Below are positions 40,858-54,679 of a stretch of 64,000 nucleotides of DNA, one piece after another (position 1 is the first letter of the stretch; every line of letters begins with the position of its first letter). The notes under the pieces are model-generated. The model had not been told where the DNA came from. It did not search any database and worked only from the letters and a program-made list of their open reading frames with translations. Source of the DNA: Paraspadella gotoi (lineage: Eukaryota; Animalia; Chaetognatha); assembly GCA_051294375.1 (NCBI GenBank), contig CM119264.1, forward strand, positions 26,758,847 to 26,822,846, in the 5' to 3' direction. The position numbers and the translations under genes were made by a program.

Positions 40858-41112
40858 CTCTCCTCTCTCCTCTTCTCTCTCTCTCTCTTCTCCTCTCTCT
40901 CTCTCTCTTTTCCGCTGCCTTAAACACACCAGGTTGACTTTAATAGCCTGCCTCTCTTACCTGCCCCTTTTTCTCACATTTTTAACTCGGAATGACACCA
41001 TTTATCACTCTTCTTTTTTCTTTTCTTACTTTACTTTTTCCCCTCTTTTCTTTCACTTTTCGCTTCCTTTTGGATAATAAATAAAAAGGAGGAGAGAGCA
41101 AAGATAGAAAAG

Positions 41113-41196
<84 letters not shown>

Positions 41197-42144
41197 TCTC
41201 TCTCGTTTTTATGAGCTGGGTTCCTTCGGACCCCTCAAGCGCCAACGCAGAAATTTCGCGTCTTCCCGTCGGCAATTTTTTCTACTTCTACTCCTTTTGA
41301 AGAGAATCGCTCGGATCTATGGAAAGAACTTGGAGCAGCCGCTCCAGCATGCTGCAGCACTTGGACGGCTGTCGATTTGCTTCCGACGACCGCAGCCGAC
41401 GCCGCCAGCAGCATTCTTTCTAGCGTTCCTCTCTTCTTTTTTTAAGCAAAACAAAAAACGCCTTTACCAGCTCTTTACACTTTCTTACGGGGTCATGTTA
41501 TTTCACCTGAATATTCACATTAACGTTAAATCAAGATGTCCAACTCCAAAAGCAATAATTCGGGGCATATTCAGCAGCCGTTTCTATAACATCATTTGTT
41601 CGATCATGCAAACACAAAGGCAGCTTTCCCATCGAAAATAGATATAGACTTTGTTCATCACTCAGATGAAATATTTACCGCACCAAACTTCAAGGCAATG
41701 GTTAAAAACTAAAATACTTAAAAAGCGATAGTTCATCTCAAAGAGTCACATATGGAGTCACACACTTATTTCGGATTTGCGTCTTCGTCGGAGGATTACT
41801 ACCTTACACTCCCCCCCCCCTCAAAAATTTGCAAACGCGAACCAATGATCCGATTGTATAATTATAAAATGTTGCGAGTTTAGTCAGGTTTATTTCATCG
41901 TTTAATGTCCCTCGAAGCTTAAACTCAAGCGGCTGATAGCCTTAACCCTGAAAATGTGTTTCATCGTCAACAGCGTGGTTCGTCGTCCCGCGTTATTCGT
42001 CGTCGTTCCATAGTCGTCTCATCGTCGTACACCATCGTCGTTCGCTCTCGTCCATGGTCGATCCTCGCGCTAAAAGGCTCGTGACAGTCGAGTCATCCAA
42101 GGTGAGTTCTTCACCAAGACTTCGCCATCACTTTTATCCACCTG

Positions 42145-42209
<65 letters not shown>

Positions 42210-45200
42210 TCTCTCTCTCTCTTCTCACTCTTATTGTGTCTTATCTCTACTCTCCCTCTCTTACTTCATCTCCCCTCTCTCTCTCCATTCTCACTTATTT
42301 CTCCCGGAAGCCTACATCATTTAAGATGTTCTCCCTCAGATCAACCAAGATCATCTAAAATGATCATCACATCTTAGATGTAATTATTTTCTTTGTTTCT
42401 GTTACTTCGAATCGGTCGATGCAAAGACGCAACGTCCATCAGGCGTAGATTCTATTGAATTTCTCTCTCTTCCCTCAACACCCGTTGCTTTTTCTTGCAC
42501 CCTTTCATCTAATCGCGCCCTAACCCACTTTTTAAAAGAAAGAAGAAAAAGAAAATAACCTATCCGAGATGTTATTCGAACCCATCGCCTTATCCCTCGC
42601 TACGCCCCGTGTCTTAATGTGGGCGATCTTTGTCGCACCCTTGCATTCTCATGCTTAAAAAAAAGAAAAAAAGATAGAAAGAGAAGAAATTAAAGGAAAG
42701 AAAGAGTCGTTTGTAGTATAAAGAAGAAAAAAACTGAGCGCGGAAGCAAAAGAAATATTGAAAAAAAAGGGAAGAGAGATGAGAAAAAGGAAAAAGATAA
42801 AAAATACCATGCCGTTATCAGTGGAGTTCAATTCTTTATTTCAGACCAGAAGAAACAAAGAATTATCATCCCAGTATATGAAGTATAAAAGAAAAAAAAG
42901 ACGGAAAAAAAAAAATAAGAGAGGAAAAAGAAAAGAAGTAAAGGAAGAAGAAAAAAAAGAAAAAGTGCAATTCAAAAAAAGAGAAGAGAAAGAAAAGAAT
43001 ACCTATTTCAAACACTCCTCCCCATTCCCTTCTCTCTCTTCCTCTTTTTGAAAAAAAAATGAGCGCGTATCTCTCTGTTTATTTATCCCCGTAGCAGAAA
43101 AAAAAAAAAAGCAAAAAAAAAAAAAAAAAAAAGAAAGAAAAAAAGCAGCGAGTGCATCGGAATCTCGCGGGGTTTATCTCTCTAAAACGATGCCGGAAAT
43201 CGAAACTCGCTTCCAGGTCCCGACGGAGGTGGTTCAAACCTTTTCAAAAATCGCGCGCCAAGACGGGATTTCTGAATTTCTCTTTTTTTTTTCTTTTTTT
43301 TTTTTTTTGCCCTTTAGAACGATTTATTAATAGAGTGCCGAAGGGTTGGCGCCCGGGCCGCGGAGTGGGGTGGTTAAGGGTTATGAGCTTCAATGGGGGC
43401 ATGGAGAAAATAGGGGCAACAAGAAATTAAAAGAATAAGCGAAGGTAAGTTACGAAAGAAGGAATGCGCAGATATTTTATTATTGACCGGAAGGAGAGAA
43501 GCCTTGAAAAGCAGGGGGGTGGGGGGCCTTGTGGATATTAGCGTGGCGGCGAGCGTGGCCAGGCCGAGGTCGGCCCGGCGCTGGGCCGAAAGGCAAAACA
43601 TGAACCCACATTTCTTCTCTAGATTGACTGAAAGAAGTCAAAAGAGGACGGGGAAGGAAAATGGGGGGCGGGAAGCTGGTGGGCCAGAAAAGACTCAAGT
43701 ATCAGAGAGGGCATTATGGTGAAGGACTGCAGAGTGTCGGAGAAGTTAGGTTAAAGTTTTAAACGGCGAGAGGGCATGAGGGGTATCAAAGCTATCAGAA
43801 AAGAGCATGGGTATGATAAGAGTCAGGTGAGCAGGGATAGAAAAAGGAAAATCTAGTTAATAGATTAAAATGCTTAAAAGAGGCGGAAATGTATTTTTTT
43901 TTTTAAAGTGATCTAGATTCATAGAGATTTGACAAAAATATTTGATATTCTTGATACTTTGAAGCAATACTGCATAGAAATTTTGAAGCAACCGGTTATT
44001 AGTAGGTATTCAGGGTAGGGAACGATATTCTTCGGACTGAATGACAAGAAAAAAGCATATTTAACATATTTTATACAATAGCCTGAGTCCCATATCACTA
44101 ACCTATACCGAGAGCTCGGATTAGAAAATGAATGAAATCTGAATAAAAGAGAGCGAAAAGAAAAAAACGCTCTCGAGTCTCTGGTGCCGGGGGAGATAAA
44201 AGATGGAATAGAGGATGCGAATCAAATTATGGGCCACCGCATAAAACAGAATCAAACAAAAAAGAAGATCAACGCCAAACTTGACTCATTTTAATGTTCC
44301 GTAATCGCTCTTTCTTTACAAAACCACTTCCCAGACAATCCGCATCCACGCTCTCTTAAGATAAACCATACCTTTCGAGTTCCATCCATACCACCCTTAA
44401 TCTCACCCCCAAACTCCCCAACCTCCACCTTCACCCCCACCCTCACCGATTCTGCGCCCCAACGCGTCGCCAAAGTCGCTGGCCCGAGAAACTGTCGCCG
44501 CGTTTTCCCTCGAGCAAAGTACCGTCCAGCGGCGCCGCCACAAGCCGGCGCCATTTCCAAGCCGCGATGTCTAGAGTGGCGCGGCCGGTACCTCGCCATC
44601 CCCATGTGAGCGAAGGAAAATCGGGGGCGTTGTCCGATGGCCTCCGGTCTTGGCTTTGTCGTCGGCGTTTAATTCCCTTAGCGACGGCGTACGGGTTTTT
44701 GCTTTTCGGACGAGACGGCGTCGGAATGGCAGCAGGGATGTGGCGCTTCTTCTGTGAGCGGCGCTGCGGTTGGTCGTCGCCTCCGGCGCCCGAATCGAGA
44801 TCGCCATGGCGCCCGCTTCCAAGCGCACCAGTGGCGCCGCCGTACGTCATGTCGGGCATCGACTTCTTTTCCCCACTGGAGGTCGGTAGTTGTCGATGCC
44901 GCAAGAAGGTCCCGCTCCGCGAGTTGAACGTCCGCCTTGCGGAGAATTGAAGGAGAGGAAGATGATCGGTGGTGAGTAACGGCATAAAACGGAACGTCAT
45001 CGTTGGCGTTGATATTTGCTTTCAGCTGAATGTTATAAAAAATAAATCATCTATTAACCAATGAAAACTTACTTCCTGGATTTTTCTTGAAATCGTTGTC
45101 TATCTTGAAGAGAAAATAAATACAAATTTCGTTTGTTTCAATGTTTATTCTAAATAATGGTTAAAATTTTAAAAGGTTTTAGTAGGAAACAAAAGCGTAA

Positions 45201-46188
45201 AATTCGTTTCACTCTAAGAAAGTATAATAGAATTTAAACTCTATTTATTATTTATTCATTTTCTTTACTTCTTTGTTCTAATTCTCAAACTCATTAACGA
45301 AATTCCGCCTCTTTTTCGAAGGTCGTTTCGCCGCCGACAACAGTCGTCATCGCCATCAAAACGCCACAATAAAAGCGCGCAAACGCCGCCGCCGCCGCCA
45401 CTGCCGCCGTTTACGACGCCCCATCTATATTTTCCCGCGTGAGAATCTCTCCTACGACTCGATTAAGTTCAAAAGCGGCACGCCTCGCGACTCGGAATTT
45501 TCCTCAACAAAATCATCCATTTTTCGAAAACTGAATACTTTTTTTTCTTTGTTTTTGTGTTTTATCTTTTTTTTTCTTTTCTCTTTTGTTTTCGGACGAA
45601 AACAAAGAAAATCGTCGTAACTCGAAAATTTACGCGTCCATTTCTTTCGCCGTTTTTTTGTTTTTTCGTCGCTGGAGAGATGAGGGAAAGGCGACCCGCT
45701 GATTGGCAGTCAGATTAGAATCGGAGAGAATTTCTTCTTTTACTGTTGTTAATTGTTTAATTTTTAGTTTTTATCTATTTACTTTTATGACCTTCATTTC
45801 TTTTCAGATTTTCGTTCCTAATTAACCAAGAAAGTATTGTAGAGTATTTTGATTCGGTTAAGTTTATTAATTATGAAAATTGCAAAAAATTACTCACTAT
45901 TCAATCTTAATAGTTTTAAAATATACATATTTACCTTGTCTATTCATCTTAATATTTTTTACATTTCTACGTTTATCTTCTCATTCTCTCATTCTTTTAC
46001 TTTATTTCATTTAACTAATCTTTTCATTTCAACTTCAATTTTCTTCAACCTCGTATTTTTCTTCTTCCTCGATTTCATCTTCTTTTTTCCTTTCGTTGTA
46101 AACGAGAAACTTTATTTCTCTTCTCGGTTTCCCGCCATTTTCCCCCTCTCTCTCTCTCCTCTCTCTCTCTACTCTCTCTCTCTCCTCT

Positions 46189-46226
<38 letters not shown>

Positions 46227-46324
46227 GGTTTTTACTTCCATCTTTCCGCCATTTTCCACCTCCTGCCAAGCCAAGAGGAGATGACGAGATAATTGATGAA
46301 GAGCTTGCATCGTTCTTGACTAAT

Positions 46325-46386
<62 letters not shown>

Positions 46387-46560
46387 ATCTCTCATATCTC
46401 TCTCTCTATCTCTCTCTCTCTCTATCTATCTCTCTTCCTTCGTCCTTTTATTCTCTCTGTCTTTGCATTGATGATTCTTAGACGCGGCGAATGGCCCCCG
46501 GGAGACGCACCTGATTCTCTCTCTCTCTCTCTCTCTCTCTCTGCTCTCTTCTTCTTCTCT

Positions 46561-46624
<64 letters not shown>

Positions 46625-48023
46625 CCCTCTTTTCTTCTTAGTCTCGCTGATGAAAGAACTGGGAGGTCCAATCGACTCGTATGTTTATGGGGGATACTTA
46701 GCTTTGCTTCGTTTACTCGGCTCTTAAAAAAAATAATAATAAGACTAGAAAAAAAAGCTTAAAAAAAACCTGTAAATGTTTCGGTCGGCTTTTTCTTTCG
46801 ATTTTCAAACGTCGTTTTGAAAGAAAGGGCAATTCGTACGGACGCTACGGACGTAACTACTTACAGCCGGCGAACGTTTTATCGCGGGAACGAATAATCT
46901 CGCTAAACGACTATGAGACTGTTCGACTAATTATCTTGCGAAATCAATTTAAATGTACAATTTGAATTTTAATTTGTTTTCAAGTTTTTTTAATTTTTTC
47001 ATTAATACATTTTGCGAATATTTTAAATCCGACTCATTCCCCATTATTAATTCCTACTTCCTTTGGCTTTTTCACCCCTTCCTCTCGAGTCTCTACTCTT
47101 CTCTTCCCCAATATTTCCATTTCATTTTTTTATAGCATCTTAATTGGTTCAATTTTTTTCGACGTTCAAAGACTCTTCCGTCATACATTAGTTCCCACTC
47201 TCCTTCCATTTAAATTCTCTATGGTTCTTCGACTCCTCTCTCTCTCCTCTCTTATTCTCGACTTTCTCTATTTCTTACCTCCCTATTCTCGTAAACTTCT
47301 TTACTTCTCTACTCTCTCCTTATCCTTCCCCTCTTTACTTTCTGTCGCCTTCGAACCACTTGACTCTTTTGTTTTATGTTGGCCTTCTCTTTCTGGTTTT
47401 TTCGTCTGTCATAGAGACGAGCAGAGAGAGGAGAGGAGACCGAAGAGAGAGAGAAGGAGAGAGGAGAGAGAGAAGAAGAGAGAGGAGAGAGAGAGAGAGA
47501 GAGAGACTAGACGCGTCTGACAGAGAATAGTTCCAAGCATGCAGCGACGACATAGGAACGACAACAAACAACGACTCAATAAAGAACCGTTGATGACGAT
47601 GACGATGATGATGATGATAAATGATGATGATTGATGATGTTTGATGATGAATGATGATTGATGATGATGATTGATGCATGATGATGATTGATGATGATGA
47701 TGTTGCATGATTATTATGATGATTGATTGATAATGATGATGCACGATGATGATGATTCATCAGAAAGATGATGATCTTATGAGGATGATGACGATGATGA
47801 TGATGATTATTGATAATGAGATGATAATGATAATGTATGATGGTGATTGATGATTTATCTTTTCCGTGTTAGACCCGAACGTTTTCCTATGTTTCTGGAC
47901 GAGTATTGCCATCGAAGTATGGAGTATTGGATGCAGAATGACGTTTTTATGGACTGCTTTATAATAAATTTTAAAAATATATTTATATTTAGTATCTCTT
48001 CAAAGCCTATATTTTATTCTTTT

Positions 48024-48070
<47 letters not shown>

Positions 48071-48332
48071 TCTCTCTCTTACTACTGTTCTCATTTCTCA
48101 TTCTGCTTTGCCCATTATTTGTCACGCGTCCTCTCCCAGGGTTCGCTTAATGGGGTTCGTCGAGGGGCGGGCCAATGAATTGCTGCCGCCTGCTCTGCCA
48201 CTGCCGCGTTCCCCTGCGCAGGGAATTCGGCAAACGCGTTTTCGATCGCGTTTGGGAGAAAAAAAGTTTCGGCAGCAGACAATCTCACCCTGGGCTGAGA
48301 GAGTGCGTTTTTGCCTCTAAGTCTTGTTTCAC
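38189..48332. repeat. Copy 2 of the ~10.2-kb duplication (indel-rich)
   Basis: Same sequence order as 27812-38060 with frequent single-base indels. It has no N gaps and reads through the positions where copy 1 has Ns. Confidence 0.95.
40044..45424 (-). pseudogene. Frameshifted second copy of the prohormone-like gene (probably a noisy-read or alternate-haplotype artefact, not a true pseudogene)
   Basis: Collinear counterparts of all four exons (about 45309-45424, 45073-45103, 44446-44936, 40044-40221), with dense 1-nt indels throughout exons and introns alike. Confidence 0.6.
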
Positions 48333-49371
48333 CTCTCTCGATCCCTACTCCTCCTCCTATCCTAGCTCCTTCTTCTATCCCTCTCCTCCTCCTATCCATC
48401 TCCTCCTTCTATCCTATCTCCTTCTTCTATTCCCATCTCCTTTTTCTATTCCCATCTCCTTCTTTCTTCTCCCATCTCCTTCTTCTATCCCATCTCCTCC
48501 TATTCCCATCTCTTATGGTTGGAATAGATGGAGAGTGTTACGATCATTAAGGTCCTCATTTGGATTATAATGATATCTATAAAATTTTGCTTTGTAGAAT
48601 CAAAAACTTTGAATCCAAGCATTTTTTCCTACTAGAAACAATATTCTTAAAAATTCTTTGATCAGCTTATTGTTGATTTTTTTTCTTTTTTCGTTCTGTT
48701 AATTTAAATTATTTTATATTTTGTTTGAATTGTAAACTGTACAATTTCTATGCGTTTACTGCTAATGCACTGTTATACCCTTTTGAAATGTACTGTTTTC
48801 AACTAATTGTTGTATAAACGAATAAAACACATATATATTATTCCCATCTCCATTTCTTATATCCCATCTCCTCCTCCTATTCCCATCTCTTTTTATCCCA
48901 ATCTCCTTCTTATATCCCATCTCCTCCTCTATTCCCATCTCTTCTTCTATCTCAATCTCCTCATATCCATCTCTTTTTATCCCATCTCCTTCTTATATTT
49001 CCCATCTCTCCTCCTATCCCATCTCCTTCTTCTATCCCAGTCTTCTCCTTTCCCATCTCTTTTTATCCCATCTTCCTTTCTCATTATCCCCATCTCTTCC
49101 TCCGTATCCCATCTCTCCTTCTATTTCCCAATCCTCCTTTCNNNNNNNNNNNNNNNNNNNNNNNNNTATCCCATCTCTTTTTATCCCATCTCCTTCTTAT
49201 ATCCCATCTCCTCCTCCTATCCCATCTCTTTTTATCCCATCTTCTTCTTATATCCCATCTCCTCCCTCCACCGAAAAGATGGATGGGATTTGATCAAACG
49301 ACGTCCGTCGAGGATTCCTACGCCGCCAGGCATCGGTTTTTTTTCCGGAGACGACTGTGTCTGTCTCAGTC

Positions 49372-49402
<31 letters not shown>

Positions 49403-49504
49403 CTCTCTCTCTCAATTTTTTGCTATTTATATCTCTCACAGTATGTGTGCGAGTATATGCCTTCTGTTCACTCACTTTATCTAAGCCTCTATCTCGTCCT
49501 CTTA

Positions 49505-49544
<40 letters not shown>

Positions 49545-49545
49545 C

Positions 49546-49579
<34 letters not shown>

Positions 49580-49681
49580 GCATNNNNNNNNNNNNNNNNN
49601 NNNNNNNNNNNNNNNNNNNNNNNNNNNNNNNNNNNNNNNNNNNNNNNNNNNNNNNNNNNNNNNNNNNNNNNNNNNNNNNNN

Positions 49682-50725
49682 TCGATCAAAAAACCATTTG
49701 TAAATTGAATTGGATGAAAAAAGGAGTACTCCATTTTAGAACAGGATAAAAAACCAAGGGAGAGAGAAACGGGAAGCGGCTTTCATCCTTTGGATTCAAG
49801 TGTTTCATCTTTCTCTCTTTCTCTGTCTCAATTGACTCTGTCTCTGTCTCTTCTTCGTCCTCTCTGTCACTTCTCTTACAGTGTGCGGTTATCTAGGTCC
49901 GTCCTACATCTGTCCTTTCATCGCTATCAGTTACAAGTTTTGTAGTTAAGTTTAAAAGTTAAAATTTCAGTTAAGTTTTCGTATTTATAAGTTTAAGTTT
50001 CATCATTAGAATTAAGTCGCCCCAAAAATTGTGTCCTGCTTCTTCTACTTTCCCAATATTATTTCTCTGATGCCTTTCATTTAATTGACATCAGGTCTAA
50101 TGAAAGAGATGAAGCGTCGTTGGCGCATTGTATCGCTTTGGCGCCATGAAATGAAACGATAGGCGCCGAAAACGTGGCGTTGATTGGCGCCGAAATATCA
50201 GTGTCACCCTACGCATGATTATAGAGATTGCAGTTACAATATCTGGCATCAAAGGTTGAGGACAATGCCAATGCTGATGCCAAGAATGATAGAAAACTTG
50301 TGAAAAACGCTTCTTTGAAACTGTTAAGTCAAAACTGCGGAATGAGACGAGGCTGATTGCTAAGGCGTTGGGAGACTTAGTAAAATGTTCCTCGTCGGCA
50401 AACAATGCTGCTTGGTAAGACGTTGGGCGTCGTCAGTCGATGGTGCTTGGTAGGACGTTGGGCGTCGCCAGGTCGAGACGAACCGAAGGAACGAGACTAA
50501 TGGCGCCGGAGTCACCGAGTATCGTTTATCCGCTTCACCCGGCGCCGAGAAATTCCGGAGGAACGAGATTAAATCGATATCCGGTTCCATTCGTCATTTT
50601 TCGGCAGCAGAGGGTTTTTTTTTCTCTTGCAATGGATGTATTGCAATTTGTTAACATGGTTTCCTTTTCCGAGGGAAAGGTTGAATGAAGACGGAGAAAT
50701 ATCGTGGAAAGGTGACTTGATCTCC

Positions 50726-50761
<36 letters not shown>

Positions 50762-51911
50762 CTCTCTCTCTCGATCAAAAAATACCATTTTGTAAATGGA
50801 ATTGGACATTGAAAAAAAGAGAACGTACTCCATTCTAGAACAGGATAAAAAACCAAAGGGGAGAGAGAAACGGGAAGCGCGCTCTTCATCCTTTGGATTC
50901 AAGTCGTTTCATCTTTTCTCTCTTTCTACTAGTTCTCAATTGGACTCTGTCTCTTGTACTCTTCTTCGTCCTTCTGTCACTTCTCTACAGTGTGCGGTTA
51001 TCTTAGTTCGCTCCTGTCCTACATCTGTCCTTTCATCGCTATCAGTTACAAGCTTTTGTAGTTAACGTTTAAAACGTATAAAATTTCACGTTTAAGTTTC
51101 GTATTATAAGTTTAAGTTTCATCATTAGAATTAAGTCGCACCCAAAAATTGTGTCTCTGCTTCTTTCTACTCCCAATATTATTTTCTCTGATGCCTTCAT
51201 TTAATTGACATCAGGTCTAATGAAAGAGATGAAGCTTGTCGTTCGGCGCATTGTATCGCTTTGGCGCCATTGAAATGAAACGATAGGCGCCGAAAACGCT
51301 GCGTTGATTGGCGCCGAAAATATCAGTCTGTCATTCCCTACGCCATTTGATTATTAGAGATTGCAGTTACAATATCTTGGCATCAAAGGTTGAGGACAAT
51401 GCCAATGCCTGATGCCTAAGAAATGAATTGACTAAAAACTTCGTGAAAAAACGCTTCTTTAAAACTGTTAAGTCAAACTGGTCCCGGATAATGAGACGCA
51501 GGCTGATTGCTAAGGCGTTGGGGGAGGGCAGACTTAGGTAAAATGTTCCTCGTCGGCAATACAATGCTGCTTTCGGTAAGACGTTGGGGCGTTCCTCTCC
51601 ATCGATTGGTGCTTGGTAGGGACCTTGGGCCGTCGCCAGGGTCGAGACGAACCGAAGTAGAAACGAGCACTAATGGCGCCCGGAGTCACCGAGTTATCGT
51701 TTAATCCGCTTCACCCGGCCCGCCGAGAAAGTTCGGCTCTGGTAGGAACCGAGTCAATTAAATCGATATCCGGTTCCATTCGTCATTTTCGCAGCAGAGG
51801 GTTTTTTTTCTCTTGCAAATGGATCTGTATTGCAATTGTTAACCATGGTCTTCCTTTCCGCGGAAAGGTTTGAATGAAGAACGAGAGAAATATCGTGCGA
51901 AAGTTGAACTT
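49682..51911. repeat. ~1.1-kb direct tandem duplication (49682-50719 and 50771-51911)
   Basis: Both units start TCGATCAAAAAA(T)ACCATTT and end ...GAAATATCGTG..AA.GT(T)GA(A)CTT. The second unit is about 100 nt longer through scattered small insertions. Confidence 0.92.
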
Positions 51912-52274
51912 ATATGAGATGACGAGAATAGAGAGAGAGAGAGAATAGAAGAAAGAAGAGAGACGAGAGCAGAAGGAGAGCGAGGAATTAGGAGGAGAGA
52001 AGGGAGAGAGAAGAGATACGATGAGAGAACAGAGAGAGAGAGAAGAGAGGAAGAGTGAGGAGATGAGAGAGAGAGAGAGAGAGAGACCGTTCACTCTGTT
52101 TTATTCGGCGTTGAAGCAACTAAAACCTTTATGAGCAAAGAAGGAAAAAAAGGAAAAGAGGTTTGACTATCTCACGTCCAAAAAATTCGAAAAAACCTCG
52201 TAAAGCCGTAAAACATCCAGGATAAATTCTTTCTCTTTTCTCTCTCTCTCCCTCTCTCTTCTTCTTTCTCTTCA

Positions 52275-52327
<53 letters not shown>

Positions 52328-53994
52328 NNNNNNNNNNNNNNNNNNNNNNNNNTTTTTTTTCAATAAAAAAAGGAAAGCAAAGACCCGATGTTTGTGGTCG
52401 GCGTTTGATTGGCAGCCGAAGTCAAAAGCGATGAGAGAGATACAGTGGATTCCGGTCACTGCATATCGCGTCCGGTCGCGTCCGGTCGCTGCCTATCGCG
52501 TCCGAGCAGCCCGAGACAGCAATGGTGAAGGCCGAAGGAAGACACAATTTTGTTTAAATGACCAACTTGATTTTAAATTTTAAAATATTGTTGCTTTAAA
52601 TCCTTAGATGTAAAGTTTATAAACCTAACAAAAAACAAATTATATTCATATCCATAAAAAAACCTATTTGACGAGACAACACATAAAATATAAAACATCT
52701 CTTGGTTGCAAGCTTTGAAATATTAAATATCTCCAGTTTCGTTACAGCCTTATGTCCGATCCTTGCTAAGAGACACATTCTCCACTATCATTACTCTTTT
52801 CCAGCCTTTTCTATTTTCTCCAAGCTCTCTCCTTTCTTACAAGCTTTCCCCCTTCTAACCAAGCTCTCTCTCTTCTCACACAGCTTTTCCCTTGTTTCAC
52901 CACACTCTCCCTTTCTTACAAGCTATCCCCCTTCTCACCAAGCTTTCTCCCTTTCATAAAGCGCTCTCCCTATCTTCCATGCCCTTGTATGCCCTATCAC
53001 CATGCCGCCGCCCCTTTCCCCGCCACGCGCCACGTCTATTAAGCACGTTCTTATCTATGGATCGAGCCAACGTTTTTTTTCTCTCCGACCAAAACATACG
53101 AGAGATGTTTTTTTTTTATTTATTGATAAATAATACGCGAATATGATAAATGAAAAGAGGTAAATACAGATCGTTTCATTTCTCTTTTTTTTTTTTTTGT
53201 TTGGTCCGTTGAAAAACAGAAAAAATATAACGATTCTTAACCTAAACATAACTTTTAATAAATATACTTTTAACCTGACATCTGACGGCATCAAGGCGTC
53301 GAAAAACGAGCGAAAGAAAAGAAACAAAAGGACACCCTGCATCATGATCAACCCTTTCCATAAACTTTCATGATCGCTTCCCATTTTTAGACTGAAAATT
53401 TCCTTATTTTTTATTTTTCAAAATTGTCTTATTTACGATCAGAATCATCGTCATCATCATCATCATTACTGTACTAGAACTTCATGTTTTGATTTTTATT
53501 TCGAATGAGACAATTTCAATATAACGGTTTCACTTAAACAACCAAAAATATTAACATAATATAACTTTGGTCCCCCCCTCAAAAAATTATCTATTCCCAC
53601 CCTTTTCTGTTCAGCCTCTTAGATATTATGATTTTTCTTTAATGACTTTCTAACAAAAATGATGTGTGATATCTATTAGAAAACTAGGACAGATTGTGAT
53701 TTAAACATTGTGTTGTATAGATGCCCTCTCTATTTCCAGAAGACAACACTGACTTCCCCTTCCCAAAATGAGTTATTAGATTTAATGATAAGTAAAATAT
53801 TTTTCAGAAAGAAAGCAATACATATTTGTTTAAATAATATAGATTAAATACAAAATTCTTCATAAAATATAAAAATAGAAAATAGTGAAACAAGTAATTT
53901 GCAAATTTTCATAAGGTGTCGACGCATAACAACAACAACAACAAGTCGTCATCTGAGATTTCGATCCGACGTTTCGGACGCAGGAAGCGACGCG

Positions 53995-54143
53995 GTTGAC
54001 GACGCGTTTAGGGATGAAGTCGATGTCCCTTTTGAAGTTGACGTCGATGTTGTATTTAGAGATGAAGTCGATATCACGTTTCAGGATGAAGTTGATGTTC
54101 CGTTTAGGGATGAAGTCGACATCGCGTTTAGGAATGAAGTCGC
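53995..54143. repeat. 24-bp tandem repeat, about 6 copies (GTCGAYRTCNCGTTTAGGGATGAA)
   Basis: Period-24 units are directly visible. The - strand reads DFIPKR DVDFIPKR NINFILKR DIDFISKY NIDVNFKR DIDFIPKR. Confidence 0.9.
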
Positions 54144-54421
54144 GTGGAGGAAAAATTTCAGTACATTCAGTAAATTTAGTATTACACGATAAAATTATCG
54201 AGCAAAACACGCCATCCATGCTTTTTCTACCTCTCTCTCTCTCTCTATCCTACTCTATCATCTCCTCCTCTCTCTTTGTGTCTCCTGCACTGAATGGATG
54301 AATTTCCATTTGTTTAGAGATCGACGGGAGAGAGAATGCGCTGTTATCGAACGCAAATATGCAAATGAGATTTGATCGATTGATTGTGATCGTTGAGGCG
54401 CGGATATTCGTGGAGAGGGAG

Positions 54422-54496
54422 GTGGGCATAGTTGTTGACATAGTGTTGGGCATAGTTGTTGGCATAGTGGTGGACATAGTGGTGGGTATTGTGGTG
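54422..54496. repeat. 12-bp tandem repeat (CATAGTKGTKGR)
   Basis: About 6 units directly visible. Confidence 0.75.
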
Positions 54497-54583
54497 CTTT
54501 TGGGATCCGAAGGAGAAGCCAAAGAGAAAGATATTTTTATTTTCAAGAAGGAATGATAGGTGACTGAAAACTTCCATCTTTAA

Positions 54584-54679
<96 letters not shown>

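Noticed and set aside
40044-45424. A genuine young paralogue or pseudogene of the prohormone-like gene
   Set aside because: Divergence is dominated by uniform 1-nt indels rather than substitutions, which fits sequencing error better than evolutionary decay.
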